Part shown: piece after piece, positions 1 to 9,086 of the stretch
Numbering within the stretch: position 1 is the stretch's first letter
Layout: each line of letters opens with the position of its first letter
The notes under the pieces: model-generated
What the model was told of the DNA's origin: nothing
Database searches by the model: none
What the model saw: only the letters and a program-made list of their open reading frames with translations
From: Patescibacteria group bacterium
Lineage (GTDB): Bacteria; Patescibacteriota; Patescibacteriia; UBA9934; GWF2-40-263
Assembly (NCBI GenBank): GCA_041661745.1
Contig: JBAZTR010000001.1
Span: 186,471-250,470, forward strand
Length of the DNA: 64,000 nt
Direction: 5' to 3'
Made by a program: the position numbers and the translations under genes

Positions 1-65
1 CGCGGAGACGGCCGAATCAACGCCCCCGGAAAGTCCAACTAAAACCTTGGCTTTCTTTTTCATAA
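1..65 (-). CDS. N-terminal fragment of a PP-loop ATPase (MnmA-like tRNA 2-thiouridylase?), gene runs off the left edge
   Basis: The reverse complement of 1-65 translates MKKKAKVLVGLSGGVDSAVSA, which carries the SGGxDS PP-loop motif at the N-terminus. Only about 21 codons are visible. Confidence 0.4.
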
Positions 66-94
66 GTACCAAAGTCTAACTTAAATGACCCGGT

Positions 95-123
95 TTGACA
101 AATTAACGGATGACGAATAAATT
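95..123 (+). promoter_or_regulatory. candidate sigma70-type promoter (TTGACA, 17 nt spacer, TAAATT) upstream of the REC gene
   Basis: A TTGACA hexamer lies at about 95-100 and a TAAATT-like -10 at about 118-123. A GGAGG RBS lies 6 nt upstream of the GTG start at 150. Confidence 0.3.
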
Positions 124-149
124 ACTTTGGCCGGCACTGGAGGAATAAC

Positions 150-557
150 GTGAATGAAAGAAGACACTTCCACGTCCTTGTGGTCGAAGACGAAATTGCC
201 GTGAGACTGGTCATCGGTCGGTTCGTCCAGGCCGCGCTCAAGGGGCAAGTCAAGGTCAGCCTGGCCGACGGTTTAGTCGAGGCTGGGCGGCTTGACCTGA
301 AAGACGTCGACCTGATCATCTGCGACATGACCCTCGGCTACAACGAGAACGGTTTCGATCTGCTGCGCCACATGCGGGCCGCTGGCATCGAAACACCGTT
401 CATGCTCATGACCGGCTACTCACCGGAACGAGTGGCCGAAAACATGCGGCCCGGGGAGAAGTTCTCCAACTTCAACCTCATCTACAAGCCGCTCAAGAGC
501 ATCGCCGACTTCCGCGAGAAACTCGAAGCAGCTCTCGCCCTCACCGCGCTTTCCTAG
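150..557 (+). CDS. stand-alone response-regulator receiver (REC/CheY-like) protein, high-GC ORF
   Basis: The 135-aa product contains VLVVEDE...LIICDMTLGY...LMTGY and a K in YKPLK, matching the receiver fold. It has a GTG start after GGAGG. The ORF GC is well above flanking DNA. Confidence 0.65.
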   Translation: MNERRHFHVLVVEDEIAVRLVIGRFVQAALKGQVKVSLADGLVEAGRLDLKDVDLIICDMTLGYNENGFDLLRHMRAAGIETPFMLMTGYSPERVAENMRPGEKFSNFNLIYKPLKSIADFREKLEAALALTALS

Positions 558-582
558 TTCAGGGGCGCGCTTTTTTTATTTC

Positions 583-957
583 CTAAATACCAATAACATC
601 AATCTCGCCGGTAACCTTACTTATCTTTACACAAAAACTGTAATTATTTTTATTTTCTTTATCAGTATAAGTGGCCGCAAAATAAGCCGTATAGGTTTGA
701 GCGTTATCTTCTTCGTTTTCTAATTCTAAATCAGCCGACTGCTCCTTAAAAGTTTTAATTTTCTCCGTAAGAATCAGGGCTTTGACTATTTCCCGCGGCG
801 CTACGGCTAAAGGTAAAACCGCGAGGCCTAAATGTTTCATTTCTCCTTTACCGACAGTTATGGCATCAACTTGATTAATTTCTGAAAAATATCCTTCGGT
901 GTTGATAGTTGGTTTCTCCTCATGACTTTCAAGATGCATGGTTTCAAGAGCACTCAT
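583..957 (-). CDS. hypothetical protein
   Basis: The ORF is 583..1017. The start was moved to the Met of MSALETMHLE to avoid overlapping the uppP 3' end. No recognisable motif. Confidence 0.35.
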   Translation of the reverse strand: MSALETMHLESHEEKPTINTEGYFSEINQVDAITVGKGEMKHLGLAVLPLAVAPREIVKALILTEKIKTFKEQSADLELENEEDNAQTYTAYFAATYTDKENKNNYSFCVKISKVTGEIDVIGI

Positions 958-959
958 AA

Positions 960-1772
960 TTAAATAAATATTAAAATGATTATACCGGCCAAAATAATTC
1001 GATAAATGACAAACCATTTATAACTGGTGGCTTTCATTATTTTTAAAAGAAATTTGATGGCTAAAAAGCCGGAAAGAAACGCTGCAATGAAAGCAATAGC
1101 CAAAGACAACCAATCAAACGATTCCCCACCGGAAATAATTTTTAATAAAGAAAATCCGCCGGCCGCGGCGATTGAAGGAATTCCCACCAGAAAAGAAAAT
1201 CGGGCCGCTGCTTCGCGCGTCAATCCGCCGAACAGACCGGCAGTAATAGTGATACCTGAACGCGAAGAACCGGGAATAAAAGCAATGATTTGTGATAAGC
1301 CTATCGCCAGTGAACGTTTCCATCCGATCTTAACCAAATCGCCTCTTGCCACGCCGTAGCCCGGCGAAGGCGGGTCTGCATTCTTCCTGACCAAAGCATC
1401 GGCCACCCACAAAACCACGCCCCAAAAGGCCAGCGAGGCCGCTATGGCGAGCGGCGAACGGAAAGTGGCCTCCAACCAGTCGCTGGCGAAAAAACCAACT
1501 GCCAGGACCGGTACGGTCGCGGCGACAATGAACCAGCCGAGGCGACCATTTTCGTTTCGTTTAAAAACTCCGAGGGTGATTGCTTTGACATCTACCCATA
1601 AGGCAACAATCACCGCGGCTAGTGTTGCCAAGTGAATTGTGGCATCAAAAGCCAACCCCGGATCAGTCCAGCCAAATAATTTAGGAATTAAAACAAGATG
1701 TCCAGAGCTGGAAACCGGCAAGAACTCAGTTAGGCCCTGAACAAAACCGAGGATGATGGATTGAATTATCAT
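960..1772 (-). CDS. uppP: undecaprenyl-diphosphatase (BacA/UppP)
   Basis: The 270-aa multi-pass membrane protein has an N-terminus GFVQGLTEFLPVSSSGHL and a later PGSSRSGITI motif, both characteristic of UppP. Confidence 0.85.
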   Translation of the reverse strand: MIIQSIILGFVQGLTEFLPVSSSGHLVLIPKLFGWTDPGLAFDATIHLATLAAVIVALWVDVKAITLGVFKRNENGRLGWFIVAATVPVLAVGFFASDWLEATFRSPLAIAASLAFWGVVLWVADALVRKNADPPSPGYGVARGDLVKIGWKRSLAIGLSQIIAFIPGSSRSGITITAGLFGGLTREAAARFSFLVGIPSIAAAGGFSLLKIISGGESFDWLSLAIAFIAAFLSGFLAIKFLLKIMKATSYKWFVIYRIILAGIIILIFI

Positions 1773-1774
1773 AG

Positions 1775-1810
1775 GCTATAGTATGTAGTAGGTAGTATGT
1801 AGGCAAAAGT
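1775..1810. repeat. family-1 heptad repeat (TATGTAGTAGGTAGTATGTAGGCAAAAG), left TIR of the four-helix-bundle cassette
   Basis: GTAG-based 7-mers ending in GGCAAAAG, inverted relative to the copy at 2163-2200. Related copies lie at 3945-3975, 32958-33035 and 55258-55326. Confidence 0.7.
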
Positions 1811-1811
1811 T

Positions 1812-2162
1812 TTATTTTGTCATTGTGTTAAGAATCTTCATAATTTCATTTAAAATATTTTCCACGGCGTCATAATCAGCTGCTTCACCAAAACCCAATC
1901 TTTTGGAAATAAAGGTTTGTGTCTCTAACTCCGCTCCGGAGCCAAAAGCAATTCTAAGAAAATGTTGGAATTCAACCGAACGACCGCGTCTCCTACCCTC
2001 GGCTATATTAGATGGAATAGAAACCGAGCAACGTCTCATTTGACTTGTTAAACCATAAATTTCCGAGCGAGGAAACTTTTCGGTTAATTTATAAACGAGA
2101 ATAACCAGTTCAACTGACTTTTGCCAGACAATCAAATTTTTATAAGGAAAATTCTCCAACAT
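1812..2162 (-). CDS. four-helix-bundle protein (TIGR02436; formerly 23S rRNA intervening-sequence protein)
   Basis: The 116-aa product contains WQKS..L...Y..T..FP..E.YGLTSQ.RR...SI..NIAEG and a C-terminal part that matches the family. Confidence 0.8.
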   Translation of the reverse strand: MLENFPYKNLIVWQKSVELVILVYKLTEKFPRSEIYGLTSQMRRCSVSIPSNIAEGRRRGRSVEFQHFLRIAFGSGAELETQTFISKRLGFGEAADYDAVENILNEIMKILNTMTK

Positions 2163-2200
2163 AGTTTTTGCCTACCTACTACATACTACCTACTCAAACC
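2163..2200. repeat. family-1 heptad repeat, right TIR of the four-helix-bundle cassette
   Basis: TTTTTGCCTACCTACTACATACTACCTACTC is the inverted complement of the 1775-1810 copy. Confidence 0.7.
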
Positions 2201-3940
2201 TCAAGAAACTTCTTCAAAATATTTGTTAAAACAATCAATACAATAAACAGTTTTTTCCGGAAAAGTTTTGTTAATCGAAACGATCATCTCTTTACCGCAC
2301 TTGTCGCATTTTCGGTCGACAAAAACCGCGCTGTTCGTCTCTTGAATCATTTCAGCCATACGACGAATAAAATGTTTATTAGGTGGGGCAACACGAAGTT
2401 TCTTGTATAAAGCAATTTCCGGTTTTAAAAATGTAAAATAACGACCAGTTACTTCGTCCTTTATTGGTACACCGCACCAACTGTCATCAATCTCATCAAT
2501 GGAATCAGGAATATCATTAGACGATCTGGCTTTGTTAATATCAACGCGGGTTTCACCAATAGCGTCAGCCGAAGATGGATCATAAATGGCCGCGCCGAGT
2601 TGTTTGGCTTCCTTTTCCGTCGACAACCAGTACATGGCCGAAGCTGATTGTAAAAAGTAAATCGGCGAAAAAGACAATGGAAAAAACTTTCCGTATTCCC
2701 CACGTTCAAGCATGGTCACCTTTAATTCATCAACTCTCTTCCAATACTCTTCCTCGGAATACGGTTTATTGAAAATGTGAAATTTTTTGTGTTGCAAGCC
2801 AACACAACCAAAACAATTTTCGCAATTTTCACACTCAAAACTATATTCCATGTTTTGACACTTGTGCATGGAATAACAAAAACGACAATTATTTGTTTGC
2901 GACAAAAAGACGGAGCTGTAACAATTGGCAATCCCGCTGGCACTGGTAACAAAAGCGCTGTCCAAGGCCTCGTTAGCCGTAAAAGAAGTGTGAAAAAGGT
3001 TAATTGGTCGCTCCACACAAGCGTAACAATAATGACAGTCACGGGCCTTAACTAAATATTCACCAATGGAATTTTCGTCAGAAAAATTCATGTTTACCGG
3101 CCAAACGATTTCTTTCCTCAAAAAATTATAATATTTATTTTTCCACTCTTCGGCCGCCGAACGTTTCCCAAGATCGATCTTTAAAATTTTTTCTTTATAT
3201 TCATTTTCGGTTAACGGCTGATTAAAGAAAAGATTTTTCTTGTGTTTGCGAATGGCCACACCAAAACAATCAACACAGTCGGGAGCAATAAAAGCAAAAA
3301 CCGAATTCATGGTGCCACGAGTATCGGAAACATATTGCGAACGAAAAACATTAAAGGCATCGTTGACATGGTAACTTTCCACGGCCTGCAAAACATTATG
3401 AATTTCCACCGAGCGTTCGGTGTTGGCGGCAAAAAGACAAAACATTGATTCCCGTGTCTTTCCATCAATCACAAAATAACTGTCGATATCGCCGAACGAA
3501 CCCAAGGCCATTGATTTTTCCGGCTCAATCAAATTATTAGCCGCCTTTAAAGGAACTTGAACCTGCATTTCGCGGAACTGCTCAAAGAAAGATTTTTTGG
3601 CGTCGTATTCCCGGCCCTCACTGGAAAAATCTTTGGTCAACCACTCTTGATCGGGCAAAACCTTCAAGCCACTAGATGGGTGAACATACGACAAAACCGC
3701 AGCCCCGGTGGCCGGATGTTTTTGCCACCACCACTGGAAACCATTCATGAAACCGCCGATAATTCTTTTTCGAGATAACGGTGAAATGTCGGAAGGCGGC
3801 ACATTGAATTTTTTATACCAGCCGATCTCTTCGTCGGTCATCAGCCATTTCTCGCCAGTGAGCGCACAGGTATGCTCGCCCGGCACGAGGCCGTCGAGAA
3901 TAACTTTTATTTTAGCATCGTAATTTGGAGTTTTCGACAT
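2201..3940 (-). CDS. large Cys-rich protein (about 24 Cys; CxxCFG repeats) with a C-terminal CxxC..YCxxC zinc ribbon; paralog of 3982..5718
   Basis: The 579-aa product shares its N-terminus MSKTPNYDAKIKVILDGL with the next gene. It has repeated C.NC.NCFG...F.IFNK..EEY modules and a C-terminus KCDKCGKEMIV...VYCIDCF. No signal peptide and no family recognised. Confidence 0.6.
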   Translation of the reverse strand: MSKTPNYDAKIKVILDGLVPGEHTCALTGEKWLMTDEEIGWYKKFNVPPSDISPLSRKRIIGGFMNGFQWWWQKHPATGAAVLSYVHPSSGLKVLPDQEWLTKDFSSEGREYDAKKSFFEQFREMQVQVPLKAANNLIEPEKSMALGSFGDIDSYFVIDGKTRESMFCLFAANTERSVEIHNVLQAVESYHVNDAFNVFRSQYVSDTRGTMNSVFAFIAPDCVDCFGVAIRKHKKNLFFNQPLTENEYKEKILKIDLGKRSAAEEWKNKYYNFLRKEIVWPVNMNFSDENSIGEYLVKARDCHYCYACVERPINLFHTSFTANEALDSAFVTSASGIANCYSSVFLSQTNNCRFCYSMHKCQNMEYSFECENCENCFGCVGLQHKKFHIFNKPYSEEEYWKRVDELKVTMLERGEYGKFFPLSFSPIYFLQSASAMYWLSTEKEAKQLGAAIYDPSSADAIGETRVDINKARSSNDIPDSIDEIDDSWCGVPIKDEVTGRYFTFLKPEIALYKKLRVAPPNKHFIRRMAEMIQETNSAVFVDRKCDKCGKEMIVSINKTFPEKTVYCIDCFNKYFEEVS

Positions 3941-3944
3941 ATGT

Positions 3945-3975
3945 TTTTTGCCTACATACTACCTACTACTGGCCT
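3945..3975. repeat. family-1 heptad repeat, single copy upstream of the Cys-rich gene
   Basis: TTGCCTACATACTACCTACTACT. On the minus strand it reads ...GTAGTATGTAGGCAAAAAACATATG into the start codon. The 1812..2162 gene has the same start context. Confidence 0.65.
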
Positions 3976-3981
3976 ACCGGC

Positions 3982-5718
3982 CTAATTATTCTCTTCGAGA
4001 TACTTTAAATAACAGGATTGACAATAAATCTTACGGTTCGGATACTGAGGACATTTTGAGACCAAAACTTCTTTCTGACATTCGTAACACTGTTGTTTTT
4101 CTAGTGAACATATTTGTCCGCTGGCAGCCAAAGTATTAAGACGATGAATAAAATGTTCGGCTGGCGGAGCGATGCGTTTGGCCCGATAATAATCTAGTTC
4201 GGGTTTCAAAAAACTAAAAGTACGCTTAGCTTGTTCGTCATAAATCGGAACTCCTATCCAATCATCACCCAAGTCATCAATGGAATCAGGAATGTCTTTT
4301 AAACTTCTTGGTTCGTTTTTTAGACGTTCAGTGCCGGTTGCGCCTTCGGCATTAGGATCAAAAAACAAACCCCCGATCTTTTTTAGTTCTTCGTCAGTGG
4401 CTCCACAATAAATCGTGGCCCCGCCCTCGGGCACATAAGTCGAAGAAAGTTCCGGCGGTAAATAGTGTCCATACTCGCCACGTTCGAGCATAGCACACTT
4501 AAGTTCATCAAGGGTTTTCCAATATTCCTCTTCTTCGTACTGTTTATTTAAAATACAGAAACGCTTATTTTTCAAACCAATACAGCCAAAACAATCTCGA
4601 CAATCAGAAGACATGAGACAGTATTCGCAATTATCTAACCTGAAAGAACGATAACAAAATTTACTCTTGTTAGAATTTGGCGAGGAGACACACATGTAAA
4701 CCTCGGAATTATCGACCAGTCCCCAACCATAAGCGTTACCTTGATTATTACCGTATATCCAGGCGCTTCGCCAATTATCAACTGGATTATCACCGGAGGA
4801 AAAACATTCAGTACAACGAACAGCATTACTCAAATAATCGCCGGACGATTGCTCGGTTGAGACATTAAAATTTTCCGGCCAAATACCTTCGTTAAGCAAA
4901 AGCTCGTTAAATTTCTTTTGCCATTTTTCAACGACGCTTCTTTTGCCCAAATCAATTTCAGCTAAACGAGCCTCATATCCTTCTTTGGTCAGTTGTTTGT
5001 TAAAAAATAAGTATTCGGCGTTACGACGGTTAGTCGCACCAAAACAATTATTACAATTTCGACATTCAAACAAAAAGTTGGAATTTAAACAATCCAGCGA
5101 TTCGTGAACATAACGACAATTGTGGAGACGTTGGCTGTGAGTAATATGGTGTGAATCGGTGATGTTAAAAGCCAACCAGATCAACGAGGAATCGGCGATA
5201 CCAAAAGCCCCACCTGAAAAAAAAGATCTCTCCGACCTGCAGGCAAAAGTGAAATAACTGTCTTGGTCACCCATAGACATAAGCGCAATCGAATTTTTCG
5301 GCTCAACCCGATTAAAAGTCGCCAGAAGAGGCACGCGAAGTTCAAGTTTTCTTAATTGTTTAAAAAAGGGATCTGGAATTTCGAGGGTTTCAAAAATATT
5401 GGAAAAATCCTTGGTGTGCCACTCGACATCCGGCAAAACACGAATACCCGAAGCCGGATGATGAAAACTCAAGACCGGCTGACCGGTTTCAAAATGTTTG
5501 TTCCACCAAAACTGATAAGCACAATCATAATAAGCCATTTGTTTCCAAACAGTGTTAGGCGAAACATTGTGTGGTGGAACCATGAACTTTTTGTAAAGTT
5601 CGATTTCTTGAATCGGCATTTTCCATTTCTCGCCAGTCAAAACACAAGTCTGCTCGCCGGGGGTGAGTCCGTCGAGAATAACTTTTATTTTAGCGTCAAA
5701 ATTAGGAGTTTTACTCAT
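3982..5718 (-). CDS. large Cys-rich protein, tandem paralog of 2201..3940, with a C-terminal zinc ribbon
   Basis: The 578-aa product begins MSKTPNFDAKIKVILDGLTPGE, has C.NC.NCFG-type repeats and ends CYECQKEVLV...IYCQSCY. Confidence 0.6.
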   Translation of the reverse strand: MSKTPNFDAKIKVILDGLTPGEQTCVLTGEKWKMPIQEIELYKKFMVPPHNVSPNTVWKQMAYYDCAYQFWWNKHFETGQPVLSFHHPASGIRVLPDVEWHTKDFSNIFETLEIPDPFFKQLRKLELRVPLLATFNRVEPKNSIALMSMGDQDSYFTFACRSERSFFSGGAFGIADSSLIWLAFNITDSHHITHSQRLHNCRYVHESLDCLNSNFLFECRNCNNCFGATNRRNAEYLFFNKQLTKEGYEARLAEIDLGKRSVVEKWQKKFNELLLNEGIWPENFNVSTEQSSGDYLSNAVRCTECFSSGDNPVDNWRSAWIYGNNQGNAYGWGLVDNSEVYMCVSSPNSNKSKFCYRSFRLDNCEYCLMSSDCRDCFGCIGLKNKRFCILNKQYEEEEYWKTLDELKCAMLERGEYGHYLPPELSSTYVPEGGATIYCGATDEELKKIGGLFFDPNAEGATGTERLKNEPRSLKDIPDSIDDLGDDWIGVPIYDEQAKRTFSFLKPELDYYRAKRIAPPAEHFIHRLNTLAASGQICSLEKQQCYECQKEVLVSKCPQYPNRKIYCQSCYLKYLEENN

Positions 5719-5723
5719 ATCAA

Positions 5724-5748
5724 AAGGAGGCGCTTTTGGCGCCTCTTT
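5724..5748 (-). terminator. hairpin (AGGCGC TTTTG GCGCCT) between the ATPase gene and the Cys-rich gene
   Basis: An 8-bp GC stem lies directly downstream of the 5752 stop on the minus strand. The U-run is short (4), so this is a weak or partial terminator. Confidence 0.35.
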
Positions 5749-5751
5749 ACT

Positions 5752-7176
5752 TTATACGACTATTTCGCTTTCTTCCACCCTGGCCGCCGGGGCGTTGATT
5801 TCTTTATCGCCCTGCTCCAGCTCGGCCGTAACCTCGGCCCTGGTTTTGGCATAATTTTGCCGCGATTCCTCAACAATGTCTTGAGAAAAACTTTCGTGAT
5901 GCGACGGCGTGACCTCAAGAACATCAGCCGAGAACGGATCGAAACGTTTGCCATCAATGGTCATTTTAACATAAATCTCGCGCGCCCCGAGGTTAATGAT
6001 ATCGTGCATGTCAAAAATCGGGGCCAACTCATCTTTCAAAATCTTGGCATCATCGGCGCCAATTTGAAAAGTAATAACCGAAGCAACGTTACCAAAAAGC
6101 GAAGCTTTAAGACTATCGGAAAGCTGACTAAGATTTTGGTTGGCCACGGTCACGGCAATACCAAACTTACGCGATTCGGAAAGAAGATTTTCAAAAGTTT
6201 TAGTGGCAATATTTTGAAACTCATCAACATATAAATAAAACGGCTGACGCAGATGCTCTGGTAAACTAATACGTTTCATGGCCGACTGTTTTATTTTAGT
6301 AATAAGGGTGGCTCCGAAAAAAGCCGAAACATCATCACCAAGCAAACCCTTGGACAAATTAACCAAAACGATTTTGCGTTCCTGCATGAAATGATAAAAA
6401 TCGACTTTATTTTCTTTTTGGCCAAAAATGTTGCGCATCAACGGATCGGCCAGCAACTGCCCGAGTTTATTTAAAAGCGGCGAAACCGCTTCGGCATCAT
6501 ATCGTTGTGACCATTCAGGAAACTCGATCGCCCAAAAGCGACGAACCACACTGTCTTTTATAAACTCAATGACTTTACTGCGAAAGCGACCACTCGAAAG
6601 AAGCGAAACCATGCCGTTAATGGTACCGGCCGGATAATCAATCATGGCCAAGGTGGTCATGCGGAGCAGGTGCTCAACGCGTGGGGTCCAATCCGAACCG
6701 AATTGTTTTTTAAAAATTTCGATGAGCTCGTTGGTAACCGGAAAACGATCGGCTTCGACAACATTGGCAATTGGGTTAAAAGAAATGGGAAATTCGCGAT
6801 CACTGGGATTAATTAGCACCACATCATCAAGACGTTCTTCGGGAATAAAATCCATGATGCTTTGAACCAAATCACCGTGCGGATCAATAATACACACGCC
6901 GTGACCAAAAAAAACATCGGAACGAATCAACAGTTCCAACAATTTCGTTTTCCCCACCCCGCTTTTGCCAATAACGTACATGTGGCGGGTGCGATCTTTA
7001 CGTTTAATACCAAAAATCAAACGCTTGGCGGAAATTCCTTGACTAAAGTTGGATCGACCAAATAAAGAAATTTCTTCGGCCGGAGTATTATCTTTAGTTG
7101 GTAAAGCCGCCGGCGGTTCGTGCCGACGAGCAACAATTTGGTCTTCACCTTTCGGGTATTCCATATTAATTACCAC
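5752..7176 (-). CDS. P-loop NTPase of the TraG/TraD/VirD4 (type IV coupling-protein, DUF87-like) superfamily, copy 2, no TM segments
   Basis: The 474-aa product has Walker A GKSGVGKTKLLE, then IDPHGD, Walker B-like YLYVDEFQN and VTVANQNLSQL. It is paralogous to 7170..9077. Confidence 0.5.
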   Translation of the reverse strand: MVINMEYPKGEDQIVARRHEPPAALPTKDNTPAEEISLFGRSNFSQGISAKRLIFGIKRKDRTRHMYVIGKSGVGKTKLLELLIRSDVFFGHGVCIIDPHGDLVQSIMDFIPEERLDDVVLINPSDREFPISFNPIANVVEADRFPVTNELIEIFKKQFGSDWTPRVEHLLRMTTLAMIDYPAGTINGMVSLLSSGRFRSKVIEFIKDSVVRRFWAIEFPEWSQRYDAEAVSPLLNKLGQLLADPLMRNIFGQKENKVDFYHFMQERKIVLVNLSKGLLGDDVSAFFGATLITKIKQSAMKRISLPEHLRQPFYLYVDEFQNIATKTFENLLSESRKFGIAVTVANQNLSQLSDSLKASLFGNVASVITFQIGADDAKILKDELAPIFDMHDIINLGAREIYVKMTIDGKRFDPFSADVLEVTPSHHESFSQDIVEESRQNYAKTRAEVTAELEQGDKEINAPAARVEESEIVV

Positions 7177-9077
7177 GGGAAAATATCATCTTTTGATTTT
7201 GTTTGTGGGACAGGACGGCTTGGTTGATTTTGTTGCGGTTGACCGCCGCCGCCACTTGGCTTACGACGACGGCGACGTCTTTTTTGTCCTTCGCTGCTCG
7301 GCACGGCCAAGACAGGAGCAGCGGCTGGTTGAGTTTTCTTTAATTCTTGCGATAAAAAATCTCCCGGCATTTTAGGTAAGGCGGCCATTGGTTCAACCGA
7401 TGAACTTTCGTCATTTGTTTTTTCCTCTTTATTTTTTAACGAGGAAAGACTAACGGCTCCGGTTGTTTCTTTGGTAACTGGCGCGCCATCCTTAACCGCC
7501 GGCGGCAAGGCCGGTTTCCGATCATTAGCCCGTTCCTGACTGCGACCATTTCCCTTTTTTCGTTCTTCCCTAACCAACTCAATACAATCCTCACAATAAA
7601 TGGGACGTGATTTATCAAGTTCAACCGGCAAAATCATGTGTTTACCACACCGGGTACAATCGTATTCAAATAAAGGTTTCCCGCCAAATTTTTTGGCGGC
7701 CTTACGCACGGTTTCGGCATGCTCAAACTTTTCGACCACAGCTCCGGCCGCCACTGACGAGGTAACTTCCACCCCGCCACCTTCGGCCTCACTCCAACGC
7801 ATAATTTCGTCGGCCACAATGTCACGCGGCCGGGCGTAAAGAGCTCGAGAATTATCTATGACGATTTGTTCGGAATTGGTTTTTTGAACAATTGGCGGCA
7901 AAGTAACGGCGGAAAACGGTTCCGAAGCCACGCCGTCAATCATTAAACGAAGATAAATTTCAAATTTAGCCAAATTCACCAAATCTTCCGGAGTAAAACG
8001 GGGCATGAATTCAGTTTCCAGAAAAGCGGCATCCGGCGAACCGACTCGAAACATCATTATGGTTCCAACGTTGCCAAAAACCGCCGCTCGAACTTCTTCT
8101 GTTAACTGTTCAATGTACTGATGAGCCATGATTAAGGCCAAACGATATTTTCGAGCCTCAGACAAAATTGAAGCAAAACTTTCCGTGGCAAAGTTTTGGA
8201 ATTCGTCGATATACAGGTAAAAGTCACGACGCTCGATTTCCGGGGTGTCGACGCGTTCCATGGCGCAAAGCTGTAATTTGGTAATCAACATGCCGCCCAA
8301 AAGTTTCATGGCGTCTTCACCAATTCGCCCCTTGGAAAGGTTAACAATAAAAATCTTGCTGCTATCCATGATTTCTCGGGGCTTTATGGTCGAATCTACC
8401 TGAGCCACGATATTACGAATAACCGCGGTTGAAAGAAATTGTCCAACTTTGTTTTGAATAGGGGCAATCGCCTCAGTGCGGAACTTGGGCTCCCACTGTT
8501 CGAACTCGGTAATCCAATAAGATTTAACGACCGGGTCCTTAAGATTGGAAACCAGGCGCACCCGAAAGTCGCGATCAACCAACAAGCGATTGATGCCCAT
8601 TAAAGTATTGCCGGGATTTTCGAGCAAGGTCAAAATGCAGTTATTCAAAATATGCTCCATGCGCGGACTCCAAACATCAGGCCAGATTTTTTTAAAAACG
8701 CCCATGAGCCCCGAAGCAATAACGTGTCGGGTGTTAATATCGTGCGATTCCAAAATATTAAAACCCACAGGAAACTCAACATCGGACGGACAGAAATAAA
8801 CCACATCTTTCTGCCGCCATTCGGGGATATAATTGATAAGTTTTTCCGCGGTATCGCCGTGCGGATCAATATAAGCGCAACCATGCCCCAAATAAATGTC
8901 GGCCAAAATCATGTTTTCGAGCAAGGTTGTTTTACCCATGCCGGTTTTACCAATAACATAAGTATGCCGACGGCGATCGTCGGTTTTTATACCAAATTTC
9001 CGCATTTGATTGCGATAGTTGGTACGCGCGAAGTAAATTACATCGTGCTCGTGATCGTGATCTTCGTAAGCGGGCAT
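7170..9077 (-). CDS. P-loop NTPase of the TraG/TraD/VirD4-like superfamily, copy 1, with a C-terminal zinc ribbon and an Arg/Pro/Gln-rich tail
   Basis: The 635-aa product has GKTGMGKTTLLE, IDPHGD, YLYIDEFQN and MAHQYIEQL. Its C-terminus is CTRCGKHMILPVELDKSRPIYCEDC followed by ...KRRRRRRKPSGGGGQPQQ. It overlaps the next gene by 7 nt, which indicates an operon. Confidence 0.5.
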   Translation of the reverse strand: MPAYEDHDHEHDVIYFARTNYRNQMRKFGIKTDDRRRHTYVIGKTGMGKTTLLENMILADIYLGHGCAYIDPHGDTAEKLINYIPEWRQKDVVYFCPSDVEFPVGFNILESHDINTRHVIASGLMGVFKKIWPDVWSPRMEHILNNCILTLLENPGNTLMGINRLLVDRDFRVRLVSNLKDPVVKSYWITEFEQWEPKFRTEAIAPIQNKVGQFLSTAVIRNIVAQVDSTIKPREIMDSSKIFIVNLSKGRIGEDAMKLLGGMLITKLQLCAMERVDTPEIERRDFYLYIDEFQNFATESFASILSEARKYRLALIMAHQYIEQLTEEVRAAVFGNVGTIMMFRVGSPDAAFLETEFMPRFTPEDLVNLAKFEIYLRLMIDGVASEPFSAVTLPPIVQKTNSEQIVIDNSRALYARPRDIVADEIMRWSEAEGGGVEVTSSVAAGAVVEKFEHAETVRKAAKKFGGKPLFEYDCTRCGKHMILPVELDKSRPIYCEDCIELVREERKKGNGRSQERANDRKPALPPAVKDGAPVTKETTGAVSLSSLKNKEEKTNDESSSVEPMAALPKMPGDFLSQELKKTQPAAAPVLAVPSSEGQKRRRRRRKPSGGGGQPQQNQPSRPVPQTKSKDDIFPW

Positions 9078-9086
9078 AAGGTGAGG

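Noticed and set aside
5356-6234. 292-aa + strand ORF antisense to the Cys-rich gene and the ATPase gene
   Set aside because: It crosses a gene boundary and terminator hairpin. Its composition is Ile/Phe/Asn-rich, an AT-rich antisense artefact.
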